Positions 30,736 to 41,702 of a stretch of DNA of 64,000 bases are shown here, piece by piece. Position 1 is the first letter of the stretch, and each line of letters opens with the position of its first letter. Under the pieces are notes generated by a model. It was not told the DNA's origin. It saw only the letters and a list, made by a program, of their open reading frames with translations, and did not search any database. Source of the DNA: a bacterium (GTDB taxonomy: Bacteria > UBA8248 > JACPRG01 > G963555815); the NCBI GenBank assembly GCA_965218795.1, contig OZ244653.1, positions 4,352,001 to 4,416,000 on the forward strand. Reading direction: 5' to 3'. Both the position numbers and the translations under genes were made by a program.

Positions 30736-31071
30736 ATGGCTCACAAACCATCGCTTGCGCGCCGAACCGAGGAACGTCGGCTCAACAAGATCCGGGAGGC
30801 CGTCGCCAGCGTCGTCGGTGAGGAGGACGCGGCCCATCTCTGGGACTACTACCTGATCGAGAGCGGCGACTGCAACGCGGAGGTCCCGACCGCAGAGGAG
30901 GCGCTCGCGGGCAAGCTCGACGAGGAGCGAGCAGCGAGGCTTCGAACCCGGGGGCTCTGGGTGCACGGACCGAAGCACGGGGATGCGATGTGGCTTGAGC
31001 CGACCGAACCCAAGAAACCTGATCGCCACATCCATGATAGAGCTGCGGGCGATTTTCCAGAATTGCGATAA
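30736..31071 (+). CDS. Hypothetical protein
   Basis: GAGG before ATG; plausible codon usage. Confidence 0.5.
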   Translation: MAHKPSLARRTEERRLNKIREAVASVVGEEDAAHLWDYYLIESGDCNAEVPTAEEALAGKLDEERAARLRTRGLWVHGPKHGDAMWLEPTEPKKPDRHIHDRAAGDFPELR

Positions 31072-31480
31072 TGGATCATCCGACAGGAGGCCTCCGGCCT
31101 CCGGCCGCCGAACCCCCAAATCCGCCGCGAGAGCGGCTCAAGGACAATTCCCGCGACCTCACAGACGGTCATTACCTCGAGATAAGAGATCATAAATCCG
31201 CTCCACATTGGACAAGCTCGTCGGCCATGTTCGCTGCGCTTACCTGCCAATCGTTTCAATGGACCCGTACAGCGCTCGAAATCTCCAGGACATCGTGTCC
31301 CATCGGATCGCGTCTCCAGCAACGAAATCATCGCTCAGATCACGATTTGGTCGCCGAATGCCGCCGGAGTCCATCAAGTGATCGAGATTTCTGCTCGCCT
31401 ATCTAGAGGCAACTTGCGGACGGCTTGGTTGACACACATGGGAGATATGCGGTGCTGGCCGTACATGGAGACCACGACGA

Positions 31481-31762
31481 ATGAGCTTGAGAGAAATGGT
31501 GGAGTTCGAAGAAGTCTGGACAAGGATACAGAGCCATGCCGGTGAGGTGTTCGTCCAGATCCGTGGTGGGGAGTTCACCTATATTGCGCACGATGGCTAC
31601 ATTGTGCCTGACCGTACAAACCAGAATTTACCGCGGGCGCATTTTGAAGAAGCGTTCGAACTTGCCCCTCTCCAAGACACCAAGGCGGTGCAGCACCTGA
31701 GAGGTCCCTCCTACGTATACGCGATATTGATGGACCGCAGGATCCGTCGTTCAGATTGGTAG
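31481..31762 (+). CDS. Small hypothetical protein
   Basis: 93-aa globular-looking ORF ending PSYVYAILMDRRI; GGAG upstream. Confidence 0.6.
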   Translation: MSLREMVEFEEVWTRIQSHAGEVFVQIRGGEFTYIAHDGYIVPDRTNQNLPRAHFEEAFELAPLQDTKAVQHLRGPSYVYAILMDRRIRRSDW

Positions 31763-31938
31763 CTGGTCCGCTTTCTTGCTGTTTGTCGCGCCGGGGCGAA
31801 ACGGATACCACTGCCGTACCGGTTCGGCTTGGCCGGGAATAGGCGTACATGGCCGAGGGGTAACCTGAGGATGGAAGCCAGCGAGCGCTCAGGGTGCGAC
31901 CGGTACCTCCGGACCGGCATGTGGGGGTGATTTCGACG

Positions 31939-32285
31939 ATGAAGGTGTCCATCGTCGTGGCGGTGATCACGTTGGTGGGGGTCGCTCTTACGGCCTTCGT
32001 GACGTGGTTGATCGCTCAACGGCAAATTTTGGCGAAGCACGTTACCGCAGAGCGCGCAAAGTGGCGAAAGAACGTCCGTGCGCAGGCTTTGGAGGTGCAC
32101 GACGCCATCTTGTGCGGGGACGGGGAGAAAATCGGGCGTCTTCGGAGCGAGTTCAGGGCGCTATTGAACCCGTTCGACTGTCAAGACCAGGCGATATTGA
32201 AATGCATGACAGTGGATGGATCGCGTGAGGAGGTCACGGAGGAATTCGCCGGGCGAATCAGCCTTCTGCTCAAGCATGACTGGGA
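31939..32285 (+). pseudogene. TM-anchored hypothetical protein, 3'-truncated at LLKHDW
   Basis: The frame runs into the antisense strand of an MTase fragment at GGGATCCC (32282-32289). Confidence 0.55.
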
Positions 32286-32621
32286 TCCCTTGTCCCAAAC
32301 ATGGCAACTCCGGTATTCCCATCCCAGCTCCAACAAAATCGGATGGACTGTGGCCCATCCGATCTCCGAATTCCAAAACCAGAGTGTGGTCTCAGGGGTG
32401 GCTTTAGCAGCCCAGGCACTTATATGGGGTCTGTACCAGTCGACCAGACCCTTCACGGCCGGAAGGTCGCCGGGAAAACCGTTAAGACCATAGGGGCCGT
32501 CCGATATGATACACATGGGAACGGGCCAGTCATCATACAGATGTTCGGCGTGCCCAAAGCAGAGCGCGACCTTTCCCCGGATGTATGACTCGTTGGCAGA
32601 CCAATGCTGGACTTGTTTCAC
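32283..32621 (-). pseudogene. N6/N4 DNA methyltransferase N-terminal fragment
   Basis: IISDGPYG (DPPY-like motif IV) and HVWDKG; remainder missing. Confidence 0.7.
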
Positions 32622-32743
32622 GATAATTCCATCTTCAAAAGTGGGGCTTGACGTTCATGGGCGGAATTATACAATGCATCCGTTCCCAATTCCCACCAAA
32701 TGAAATCGACTGGGGCGAACTTCATTACTGAGGAGTAGAAACG

Positions 32744-32944
32744 ATGACAGTTCCACACTGTGAGCGGCATGACAGCGTAAACCTGAATGAGAAAGAGCGA
32801 CCTATCTTGAGTGGGATTCTGGAGAGATTACCTATCACACAGGCGGACCCTGCACGTCATAGATGCCCCTTTTGCGCCTACGAGCAGGGCCTGAGAGATG
32901 CCAGGTTATCAGAAGAAGAAATCCTAGACAGAATGAACCGCTGA
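32744..32944 (+). CDS. Small hypothetical protein with CPFC motif
   Basis: GAGGAG upstream; LP.TQ...RHRCPFCAYEQG. Confidence 0.5.
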   Translation: MTVPHCERHDSVNLNEKERPILSGILERLPITQADPARHRCPFCAYEQGLRDARLSEEEILDRMNR

Positions 32945-33204
32945 ATCAAAAGGGGGAAAGAGAAGCGGTGTCGGCCATACGGTGGGAGGGAGACAAACGG
33001 TGAGGCTGGGTTGTTGTGGTATTATTTTTTTCATTTTGATTGTGATTTGGTTTATCTATATAATGGGTATTAACTGGTAAAAAAGAGGCGACTCCTTCCA
33101 GTCGATGGAGGATGCCAAGAGGCTGGCAGCTTCCTGCACATCCGCTCAAATTTTACACCTCCTATGGATGTGCGGCCTGTCCGAGGACTGAAAATCACCC
33201 CCCC

Positions 33205-34646
33205 TCACTCCAGCCCCGCGTCCCCCGAAAGATGAGCCGTGAACCCGTTCCGCTCCAGGCGCTTGACGAGCTCCCGGTCGTTCAGCTCGGGCAGGACCTC
33301 CCGCAGGGTCGACCTCAGCTCCTCGAAGCTCCGTGATTCCTCCGCGGCCTTGAGGATGGGCTCGACGATTGGCCCCATGAGCAGCTCCCACTCGCCCGCG
33401 GACCCGTCGCCCGCCCGGTCCAGGGCGTCCAGCAGGGCTTCTTGGTAACGGGCGGCCATCCGGGCGCTGTTGTCCCCGCCCCCGCCGTTTCCGCCGCGCC
33501 CCCCCTGTCCGGGAGGCCCCGCGTCCATGGGCTCGTGATCCGGGTGATCCGCTCCTCGCGCTCGGCCCGCTTGTCCAGGTCCTCGGGCGGCTCGGCGTCC
33601 CGCAGGATCACGGGCGTCTCGGCGCCGGGGAAGTTCCACTCGGTCAGCCACCTGGAGAGGGTCCGGTTCAGGGCCCCGTCCAGCATGCCCGCGTCCGCGG
33701 CCACCACCTCGTCCCGCACGTCCTTCTGTATCTCGGCCGTCCCCTTCCACGGCCCCTGGTCGGTGGTGGACGACTGCCCCAGGAGCGTGGTCGTGATCGC
33801 GTTGTCCAGGTAGGTCACGAACTCCTTGAAGTCTCCGCCCGACCGCTGGGCCTTCTCCAGCAGCTCGATCTGCTGGTTCTCGGGAATGGCCACGCCGCGC
33901 CCGGTGGCCATGCCGCTCAGGATCTCCACGAACCGCTGCCGCTCGATCTTGGTCGCGCCTGGCGGGTACTTGCCCAAAGGCGTGGGGGAGCCGAACTTCT
34001 CCAGGTACACGGCCCAGGCCTTCAGGCCGTTGCGCTTGAGCCACGTGGGCCAGTAGCACCACCGCGCCAGGCCGGGGCCGTGCGGGATGTCGCCGTGGTC
34101 GCTCGGCCGGGTGATCTCGATGAACTTGGCCGGCGGCACGGGCTCGCCGCGCGGCTTGCTGCGGGTCCTGAGCATGAGGTTCATGTCCACGTCCCAGCAG
34201 AACCGCTCGGGCGCGCGCACCTTGATCGCGTCGATGACCACCCGGCTTCCGTCCCGGGCCCAGAGGACCTCGGCCACGGCGTATCCGAACCAGACCGAGT
34301 GCAGGAGCTGCCGGCAGACCGGATCGAAGTCGATGGCCTCCAGCATCTCCTTCAGGCCCTCGGCCGCGGCCTCGTCCGCGCTGCTCTCGCCGCCCGGCTC
34401 CACGGTCCAGAGCCTGGAGGTCACGGCGTCCAGCCGCTGGTCCAGGGCGGCCTGGCACCGCTCGTCCCGCAGGATGTCCCGGTACTCCAGCAGGACCCGG
34501 GCGTCCTCGTCGTGATCGTAGGCGTAGCGCGCCCGCTTCTGGGGGTCGGCCGGCAGCTCGCCGATGAAGTCGGCCAGCAGCCCGCCGATGTTCGCGCCGG
34601 CGATCTCTCCGGCCGGAGGATTTTTCGGGATTCTTTCTTCAGGCAT
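33205..34646 (-). pseudogene. Mu-like phage portal protein (gp29/DUF935), deletion/frameshift near 33450-33530
   Basis: GYAVAEVLW, P.G.GL.R..YW, W..YLEKFG.P...GKYP, LLGQ; C-terminal SFEELR..L..P.L in another frame. Confidence 0.85.
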
Positions 34647-34883
34647 GACGATCCCTCACGAGAACTTCAGTCAAACTGCGGCCGTCGCCGCCCCTGTATC
34701 ACCCCACCCGGCGACCGGACGGTTGCCGAATGGTAGGCGCGGTGACGCGTGCGCTGCTTGGGAGCGACGCGTTCACGGTCGGCACCTCGTGTTGCTAGGG
34801 TGTTGACAATATTTTTGGATCGAGCCCTTACTTAATATAAACGTAGTTATTACTGTATATTACACTCCTGAATATTTCTTACT

Positions 34884-35120
34884 GACATGTTCGAGAAGCA
34901 CGCGACGAAGGGCCGTCTGGTCTATGTGGCGGGCAAGCTGCAGACCCGGCGCTGGAAGAAGGACGACGAGGACTCCGACCGGTTCTCGACCGAGATCCTG
35001 CTGGTTCCGGGCGGGCGGGTGCAGTTCCTCGACAAGCCGAACGGCAACGGCGCGCCGGTCGCGGAGGCGGAGACGGAGACGCCGTCCGCCGAAGCGCCCA
35101 TCGACGACATCCCGTTCTGA
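34884..35120 (+). pseudogene. ssb: 5'-truncated ssb, near-identical to the 3' half of the 25110-25535 copy
   Basis: MFEKHATKGRLVYVAGKLQTRRW..DDIPF. Confidence 0.85.
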
Positions 35121-35314
35121 GCGCGCATTTTGTTTCCTCTCTCCACCCGGGCCGGCGCTTCGCGCGTCGGCCCTTTTTCTTGCTGCCCGTTCCGAGTCCG
35201 TACCCGCTCGGGCCTCGCGTCGGCGCTACGCGCGACGCTTCGCCCTCCGGCGCTGGTCGGAGGCAAAGGCCGGCCGGTATCGGGCGTTCTCCGTCCATCC
35301 AGAGGAGACCCGTC

Positions 35315-36010
35315 ATGCCGCCCCCATCGTCCCGTTCCGCATCTCCCGCCGCCGACATCGCCGCCGCGCTCGGAGAGCGCGCCGAGGCCGTCTGCCGGCG
35401 TTATCTGCCGCAGGGCCGCAAGCAGGGCCGGTACTGGGTCGCCGGCGATCTCGAAGGCACTCGCGGCCGCTCGCTCTTCGTCCGCCTGCACGGTCCCGGC
35501 ACCCCCGGCAAGTGGACCGACGCCTCTGGCGGCGTTGCCGCGCCATCGGCGGCACCCATGCCGAGGCCTATCTCCGCGCCCGCGGACTCGCGCGCTGCCG
35601 GTTCCCGGCATTGCGCTTCCATCCCGAGCTTCGCTATCGCGAAGGCTCTTCCCTGCGCCGTTTTCCGGCGCTGGTCGCCGCCGTGACTGGCGACGACGGT
35701 GCTGTCGATCGTCACCGCGGCGCCCGGGGTCATTTCGGCCGCCGCGCTCTCGGCCGGAAGCCTCGGCGCCTTCGTGCCGCCTGCCGGGCTCAAACGGCTC
35801 GTCATCGCCCGCGACAACGATTCCGAGGGCGAACGGGCCGCCCAACGCCTCGCCCGGCGCTGCGCGCGGGCGGGCGTGTCCGCCCACGTCATCGTCTCCG
35901 AATACGGCGACTTCAACGACGATCTGGTCACTCTCGGCCCCCGGGCCCTGGCCCTTCGGCTCGCCGCCCTGTTCCCCGCGCCGCTGCGGGTCAGGGAGAG
36001 GGAGGGATGA
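35315..36010 (+). pseudogene. Second toprim primase-like gene with two internal deletions
   Basis: Colinear with 23900-24916 except for gaps at about 35522 and 35700. Confidence 0.85.
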
Positions 36011-36049
36011 ACGGGGGAGGGATGAACGGATCCAAAGGAGAAAGGGAGC

Positions 36050-36130
36050 ATGGCGCACATCGTCAATCTCAGGCATGCGCCCGCCCTGCGGGCGGCGCTC
36101 GACCGAAAACCCGATCACGGCGGGACCGTG
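36050..36130 (+). pseudogene. Probable N-terminal part of the DUF4326-like gene
   Basis: GGGAG + MAHIVNLRH.. in the slot the C-terminal half occupies in the other copy. Confidence 0.45.
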
Positions 36131-36633
36131 AAGCGGGAGAGGGGCGAATGCCGCGAGGAGGGAGAGAGAGGGCCCCGGGCATCGGCAACACGGAAGGAGA
36201 GCCGAAATGCAATCCGTTACCTTGAGGAGCATCGCCCGTACGAGTCGAGGGTCCACCACGATGGCAATCTCGCCTGCGAGGTTGCGGAGCGACTCACTGG
36301 GCGGACAATCCGCCTCGTCCCCATGGGCGATCTTCCCGCCTCTAATCAAATAGAGAAATGTGTGGTATTATGACATATGTACACCCAAATCCGAGTCGAC
36401 TCGTTCGAGTCCAGAATCAATCTCAATGAGGCGTTCTCGGGATTTTCCTCTCTTGGGTTTCGATTAACGGAGGATGGCCATTCAGTTTCCTTTATTTTTG
36501 TTTGCCCACATCCGTGCCTTTGCGGGAGGTCCGAGCTCACGGCCTGAAATCCAAGTCCTTAGCACTGCATGATACCGGGGGAAGTTTATGGAGCACCCTC
36601 CTCTCCTGCCCCGGGAATAGGGTTTATCAGTTG

Positions 36634-37638
36634 TTATTCAATCGGCTTTTTGCCCAGATAAGGAATCTTGAGCTTTCCGCTCTTGATTCTGCTCTCGACT
36701 GCCCGCACTTTTTGGGCGACTTCGGGGGTGACCTTCGCGTTGAACGGGGCCAATTGTGACCCGCCGCCGGCCAATCCGACAAGATAAGTTTTCTCGACTT
36801 TCCCCTTCTTCAGGTCCAGGACAATCCGCTTCATGATCCCATGCCACACGTACATCGTGCTCGTGATCACCGTATCAGGAGCCAGCGGGTTCCAATTCAT
36901 ATAGGTCCCGATCCCCAAAATTCCTTTCTCATCCGCACCCTTGATTCCTCCTTTTCCCATTGGACCAGCGCTCGTATAGATGACGTCCACCCCTTGCTCG
37001 GCCATTGCGATGGCCGCCTCTTTCGCCTTGGTCACATCGAACCACGAGCTCACGTAGACTTCCACAACGTTGATTTTGGGGACGACGGAGCGGGCACCCA
37101 TCTTGTAAGCGTTGTGTTCGGCGATCTGGTTCGGGACAGGGTATCCACCAATCACACCGATTTTCTTCCCTTTACTCATCAGCGCGGCCAGGACCCCGGC
37201 CAAGTACACCGACTCGTGGGACTGCGCGCCGTAATTTACCAGATTAGGATGCTTCCCTGTATCGAAGAAAAAAGGCACAGCGAAGACTGTGTTCGGGAAT
37301 TGCGGTGCCAGTTTTCGAGCCGGCTCGCCGAACTCGAAACTGTGCCCAAAGATCAGGTCAAAACCCCTGACCGCCCATCGCCGCATGACCCTCTCCATTT
37401 CGGCCACTTTGACTCGCTCCTGGTAGGCCACCTCATCGACTCCGGGGTCCTCCTTGAGCTTCATGACGGCCTCATATCCCCCCTGATACCAGCCAAAGTC
37501 CTTGATGGAACCGTTGACGGCGATGGCCACACGAAACTTCTTATCCGCCGCGATTGCGGAGGTACCCAGAAGGCCCACCATCAATGTGACAGCAAGTCCA
37601 TACACGAAACTGAGTGTTAGACGCCTCGCCCTGTTCAT
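36634..37638 (-). CDS. BMP-family ABC transporter substrate-binding protein (nucleoside-like)
   Basis: D.GWYQ..YEA, DLIFGHSFEF, YLAGVLAA, SWFD..KAKEAA. Confidence 0.92.
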   Translation of the reverse strand: MNRARRLTLSFVYGLAVTLMVGLLGTSAIAADKKFRVAIAVNGSIKDFGWYQGGYEAVMKLKEDPGVDEVAYQERVKVAEMERVMRRWAVRGFDLIFGHSFEFGEPARKLAPQFPNTVFAVPFFFDTGKHPNLVNYGAQSHESVYLAGVLAALMSKGKKIGVIGGYPVPNQIAEHNAYKMGARSVVPKINVVEVYVSSWFDVTKAKEAAIAMAEQGVDVIYTSAGPMGKGGIKGADEKGILGIGTYMNWNPLAPDTVITSTMYVWHGIMKRIVLDLKKGKVEKTYLVGLAGGGSQLAPFNAKVTPEVAQKVRAVESRIKSGKLKIPYLGKKPIE

Positions 37639-37730
37639 GGTTTCACCCCTCCAGCAAAAAGCCATTCGGGACAGCCCCTCGGTTGGGATCCGAGGCGGTG
37701 TTTCCCCAGCCGAACTTCATCGCCATCTCT

Positions 37731-38666
37731 TTACCTTGTTCCACGCACGTAAGGAATACAAAGCGCCGCCGGCAGCCTTGCACGGCGAGAGGTGCTCATT
37801 AAAGATAAAATAGGTAGTATGTATGGTAACATTTCCAGGGTCTGGAAGGCAATGGCCACCCCCGCCGCCTGTAACCGCAACTGCAGGGCGTCTGCTGCGC
37901 CGAAGATGAGGGCACCAACGAGCATCCGATAGGGATTCCAGCGGCCGAAAATGACGCAGGCAATAGCGATCCAGCCCCGCCCCACGGTCATCTCCTCGAC
38001 GAAGATGTTCATATGTCCCAATGTCAGGAACGCCCCTCCCAGGGACGCCATCGTTCCGCCAATGATCAAACACGTATAGCGCACGCCTTGAACGCTCAGT
38101 CCCACGTTGTCCACTGCCTCGGGGTTCTCTCCCGCGGCCCGGACCTTCAGTCCGAACCGGGTTCTAAGCAAGAGATAGCCTGCAACGGGCACCAGCAGGA
38201 GGGCGCCATAGATCATGAGATTGTGCTGGAAAAGGACCGGCCCCAACACAGGGATGGAACTTAAATAAGGGATGGGCAGGATTTCGAACCCTTTGACCTT
38301 TATCACCTCTGGAAGGTCGCCATAAATCAGGCGAAACAGGAAAGATGACAGGCTGATCAGGCCGATGTTCGCTGCAAGACCGGCCACAATCTGATCGAGT
38401 CGCATGGAGACAAAAAGAACCCCCAAAGCCAAACCCAAAAGGGCCCCCGTGGCAATGGCCACCCCCAGAGCGAACCACAGGCCGTTTGTCCTCTCCACTG
38501 CCCAGTACGCCATGAAAGCGCCCATCAGCATGAGCCCTTCCACGGCGAGGTTCAATACTCCGGAATTCTCTGCGAAGAGCTCCCCCAGCGCCGCGAAAAC
38601 CAGAGGGGTTGCCATCCGAATCGCAGCCGCCAAAAAAGCTAAAAGGAGAGCGGATTCAACCCACAC
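37731..38666 (-). CDS. ABC transporter permease (BPD_transp_2)
   Basis: ATPL.FAALGE..SGVLNLAVEG, GRGWIAIA..IFGRW.P. Confidence 0.92.
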   Translation of the reverse strand: MWVESALLLAFLAAAIRMATPLVFAALGELFAENSGVLNLAVEGLMLMGAFMAYWAVERTNGLWFALGVAIATGALLGLALGVLFVSMRLDQIVAGLAANIGLISLSSFLFRLIYGDLPEVIKVKGFEILPIPYLSSIPVLGPVLFQHNLMIYGALLLVPVAGYLLLRTRFGLKVRAAGENPEAVDNVGLSVQGVRYTCLIIGGTMASLGGAFLTLGHMNIFVEEMTVGRGWIAIACVIFGRWNPYRMLVGALIFGAADALQLRLQAAGVAIAFQTLEMLPYILPILSLMSTSRRARLPAALCIPYVRGTR

Positions 38667-39711
38667 GGTGACCCCTCCGACCCAGATAGCTCCAGATGGC
38701 GCGCAGATTATCGCGGGCCAGAACAGAAAGGACCGCAAGCACCACTACGATGTCTGCCAGCGTAGCCGGAACCCGCGTGAGCTGCTCCACGTTGTCCACC
38801 CCCACCAGGAGCGCCGCCACAAAAATCGATGCCACCACCACACCCCCGGCCTGTAGTCGTCCCATCAGCGCGACCAAGATGGCAATATACCCATACCCAG
38901 GCGAAAGCGTCTCGATGAGACGATAGTGGACTCCTGCCACCTCGCCCATACCGGCCATCCCCGCCAATCCCCCGCTGAGGAACAGGGTGAACACCACATA
39001 TCGACTGATGGGAATGCCCCCAAGACGGGCCGCCTCCGGGTTGTCCCCAATGACCTGGATGCGGAAGCCCAAGACCGTCCGGGACATCACGAAATAAACG
39101 ACCGCTGCAAGGACAAAGGCCAACAGAATACCTGCATGAAGGCGACTTCCCGGAAGAATGACCGGAAGCCGTCCGACCTCGGCAATGTAGGCAGACTCGG
39201 GGAAAAACTGCTTCGAACCCTTCATCGGACCATGGACAAAGTAACTGACGGTCTTAATCGCCACGTAGTTCAACATGAGGGTAGAGATGATCTCATTGAC
39301 CCTGAACTTTTCTTTGATCACCCCGGCCAGGGCTGCCCATAGGCCTCCGCCAAGAAATCCTGCGAGGATCGCGGCCGCGATCAGAATGCCGCCGGGCAGG
39401 CCCTCCAGGGCCAAGGCCACAGCTGTTGCGGCAAGCCCCCCAACGTACATCTGTCCTTCCGCGCCGATGTTCCAGACACGGGCCTGAAAGGAAATCGCCA
39501 CTCCCAAGGCTGCCAGGAGGAGGGGTGCGGTTTGCAGGAAGGTCTCTCCGAGACTATTCACGCTGCCGAAAGCCCCTTGATAAAATGCGGTCCCTGCCTT
39601 GAGCGGCGAAGACCCGATACCCAGAATGAGGCAACTACCCAGAAGCAAAACAAGGACGATACCCCCAATGGAGGGCAAGATCGTCCAGAGAAGATTACGC
39701 AGGCGGCTCAT
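38656..39711 (-). CDS. ABC transporter permease (BPD_transp_2)
   Basis: WNIGAEGQ, NEIISTLMLNY, GYGY.AILVAL. Confidence 0.92.
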   Translation of the reverse strand: MSRLRNLLWTILPSIGGIVLVLLLGSCLILGIGSSPLKAGTAFYQGAFGSVNSLGETFLQTAPLLLAALGVAISFQARVWNIGAEGQMYVGGLAATAVALALEGLPGGILIAAAILAGFLGGGLWAALAGVIKEKFRVNEIISTLMLNYVAIKTVSYFVHGPMKGSKQFFPESAYIAEVGRLPVILPGSRLHAGILLAFVLAAVVYFVMSRTVLGFRIQVIGDNPEAARLGGIPISRYVVFTLFLSGGLAGMAGMGEVAGVHYRLIETLSPGYGYIAILVALMGRLQAGGVVVASIFVAALLVGVDNVEQLTRVPATLADIVVVLAVLSVLARDNLRAIWSYLGRRGHRVG

Positions 39712-41267
39712 TTTCCGTCTGTTCCTTCAGACCGATCGGACACCAGAGCCATGGGGGAGCCTCCCATCAGGAGACCCACTTCTTCGGGCTCGGCTTCCGA
39801 TCCTTTGAGAATGCCCCGGATCTCCCCTTCAAACATCACGGCGATCCGATCACTCAGGCGCAGAATTTCCTCCAAATCACTCGAGATGAGGAGAATTGCC
39901 CGACCGCGTCCTTTTTCATCCAAGAGACGATGCTGGATAGCGTCCATGGCCGCCACATCCAAACCACGAGTGGGCTCTGCCGCGACAATGATCAGAGGGT
40001 CCAGGGAGAGCTCGCGGGACAGAAGCAGCCGCTGCTGATTCCCCCCCGATAGTAGTTTGACGGGTGCCCGCGGCCCCGGGCAACGGATATCGAAATCTTG
40101 AATCAAGCGTTCTGCATATGCGTCTATCGCGCGCGGGTTGAGAACAAAGGCACGGGAATAGGGAGGAGAAGCGTGGGTCTTCAGGATTAGGTTCTGGGCC
40201 AGACTCAGATTGGAGCAGAGGCCACTGCGAAACGCCTCTTCTGGGATATAAACAAGCCTTTGCTTGATCCGGTCGGCAATCGAGGCGTCTGTGACGTCCT
40301 GACCCGAAAGATAAATTCGGCCCTGGGCGACCTTCCTCGAACCCACGATCACCTCGGCCAGTTCCCTCTGACCATTTCCCGCCACCCCCGCCACACCCAC
40401 GATTTCTCCTGCGTGAACTGTGAGCGACACGTTGTTGAGGGCGGGGAGGCCCCTGTCTCCCAAGGCATGGGCACCTTCCAAGGTGAGCAGAGGCTGGCCC
40501 GGGTTGGAAGCCGACTTCTGGAAGGCGAAGGAGAACTCACGCCCCAGCATCATTCGCACTAACTCGTCCTTTAAAGTCTGTTTCGTCGAAACCGTGCCAA
40601 CCACCCGCCCTTCGCGAAGGACCGTGACCCTGTCGGATGACGCCATGACCTCTTCCAGCTTGTGAGTAATGAAGATGATCGTGAGCCCCCTGGCTGTCAT
40701 CGACCTCAACATCTCAAACAATTCGGCGCTTTCCTGAGGGGTAAGTACCGCGGTGGGCTCGTCTAGGATCAAGAGTTCCGCCCCTTGAGATAGCGCCTTG
40801 AGGATCTCCACCCTCTGTTGCTCACCCACAGAGAGTTGCCAGACGTACGCATGCGGATCCGTCCAGAGGCCGAACCGCTCAGCCAGCAGGCGGACTTCCT
40901 CTGCGACCATCTCTAGCCTTAGCCGCTTTCCACGACCCTTTCGATGGCCCAACGCGACGTTTTCCACGACTGTGAGGGTAGCTACGAGCAGGAAATGCTG
41001 ATGGACGAATCCGATCCCGTGGGTCAGGGCATCGCGCGGAGAACGAACGTCCACCACCCGACCTTTCAAATAGATGTGGCCCTCATCGGGTCGAAACAGA
41101 CCATATAGAACATTCATCAGGGTGGTCTTGCCGGCACCATTTTCCCCCAGTAATGCGTGGATCTCCCCACGCGCAACCTCAAAATCGATGCGATCATTGG
41201 CCACAACGCCGGGGAATCGCTTTGTAATCCCTTTTAAGCAAAGGAGAGGAGACTCACACGACGACAC
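39708..41267 (-). CDS. ABC transporter ATP-binding protein (two NBDs, CUT2 type)
   Basis: GENGAGKT, LSVGEQQRVE, LILDEPT, LSGGNQQ; start inferred at GTG 41267. Confidence 0.93.
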   Translation of the reverse strand: MSSCESPLLCLKGITKRFPGVVANDRIDFEVARGEIHALLGENGAGKTTLMNVLYGLFRPDEGHIYLKGRVVDVRSPRDALTHGIGFVHQHFLLVATLTVVENVALGHRKGRGKRLRLEMVAEEVRLLAERFGLWTDPHAYVWQLSVGEQQRVEILKALSQGAELLILDEPTAVLTPQESAELFEMLRSMTARGLTIIFITHKLEEVMASSDRVTVLREGRVVGTVSTKQTLKDELVRMMLGREFSFAFQKSASNPGQPLLTLEGAHALGDRGLPALNNVSLTVHAGEIVGVAGVAGNGQRELAEVIVGSRKVAQGRIYLSGQDVTDASIADRIKQRLVYIPEEAFRSGLCSNLSLAQNLILKTHASPPYSRAFVLNPRAIDAYAERLIQDFDIRCPGPRAPVKLLSGGNQQRLLLSRELSLDPLIIVAAEPTRGLDVAAMDAIQHRLLDEKGRGRAILLISSDLEEILRLSDRIAVMFEGEIRGILKGSEAEPEEVGLLMGGSPMALVSDRSEGTDGK

Positions 41268-41702
41268 TTCACCCCCCTTTCCCCTTTGGCTGAGGAGTTG
41301 CTCGGCCCTCAGCCCATTACTCTTTTGGGCGATGGCCGTTTGGTGCATGGAACGAAACCGGGATCTCCTATAATCTCGACCCAAAATGAGTTCGTGCAGT
41401 CCAATTTACCGACGAAAACGATCTCACCCCCTTCTCACGACCGTGTCAACAATTTTCAATACCCCTGTACCAGGGCGTTGACGACCTGTGCTCTGCAAAA
41501 AATCTATCCACATGTCGTGCTGGAAGCTACGCCAAGCCATACGCGTGGTGGAGGCCCTACAGGCCCGGCTTTCAAACAACATTTGATCGGTTCGCAATTC
41601 GATTTCTATGAGGAAGAAAGCGGGCTGGACTCCCCCCCTTTGTGGCACGGGAACCCCCGGCCCGAACGCGGAATGGGATCCCGCTCCCCCGCCGGACGGC
41701 GG

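Noticed and set aside
29824-32944. Integron cassette array
   Set aside because: No repeated attC-like sites or integron integrase recognised by eye
34803-34870. Sigma70 promoter or LexA box before the truncated ssb
   Set aside because: TTGACA has no -10 at 16-18 bp spacing, and the CTGT half-site lacks ACAG
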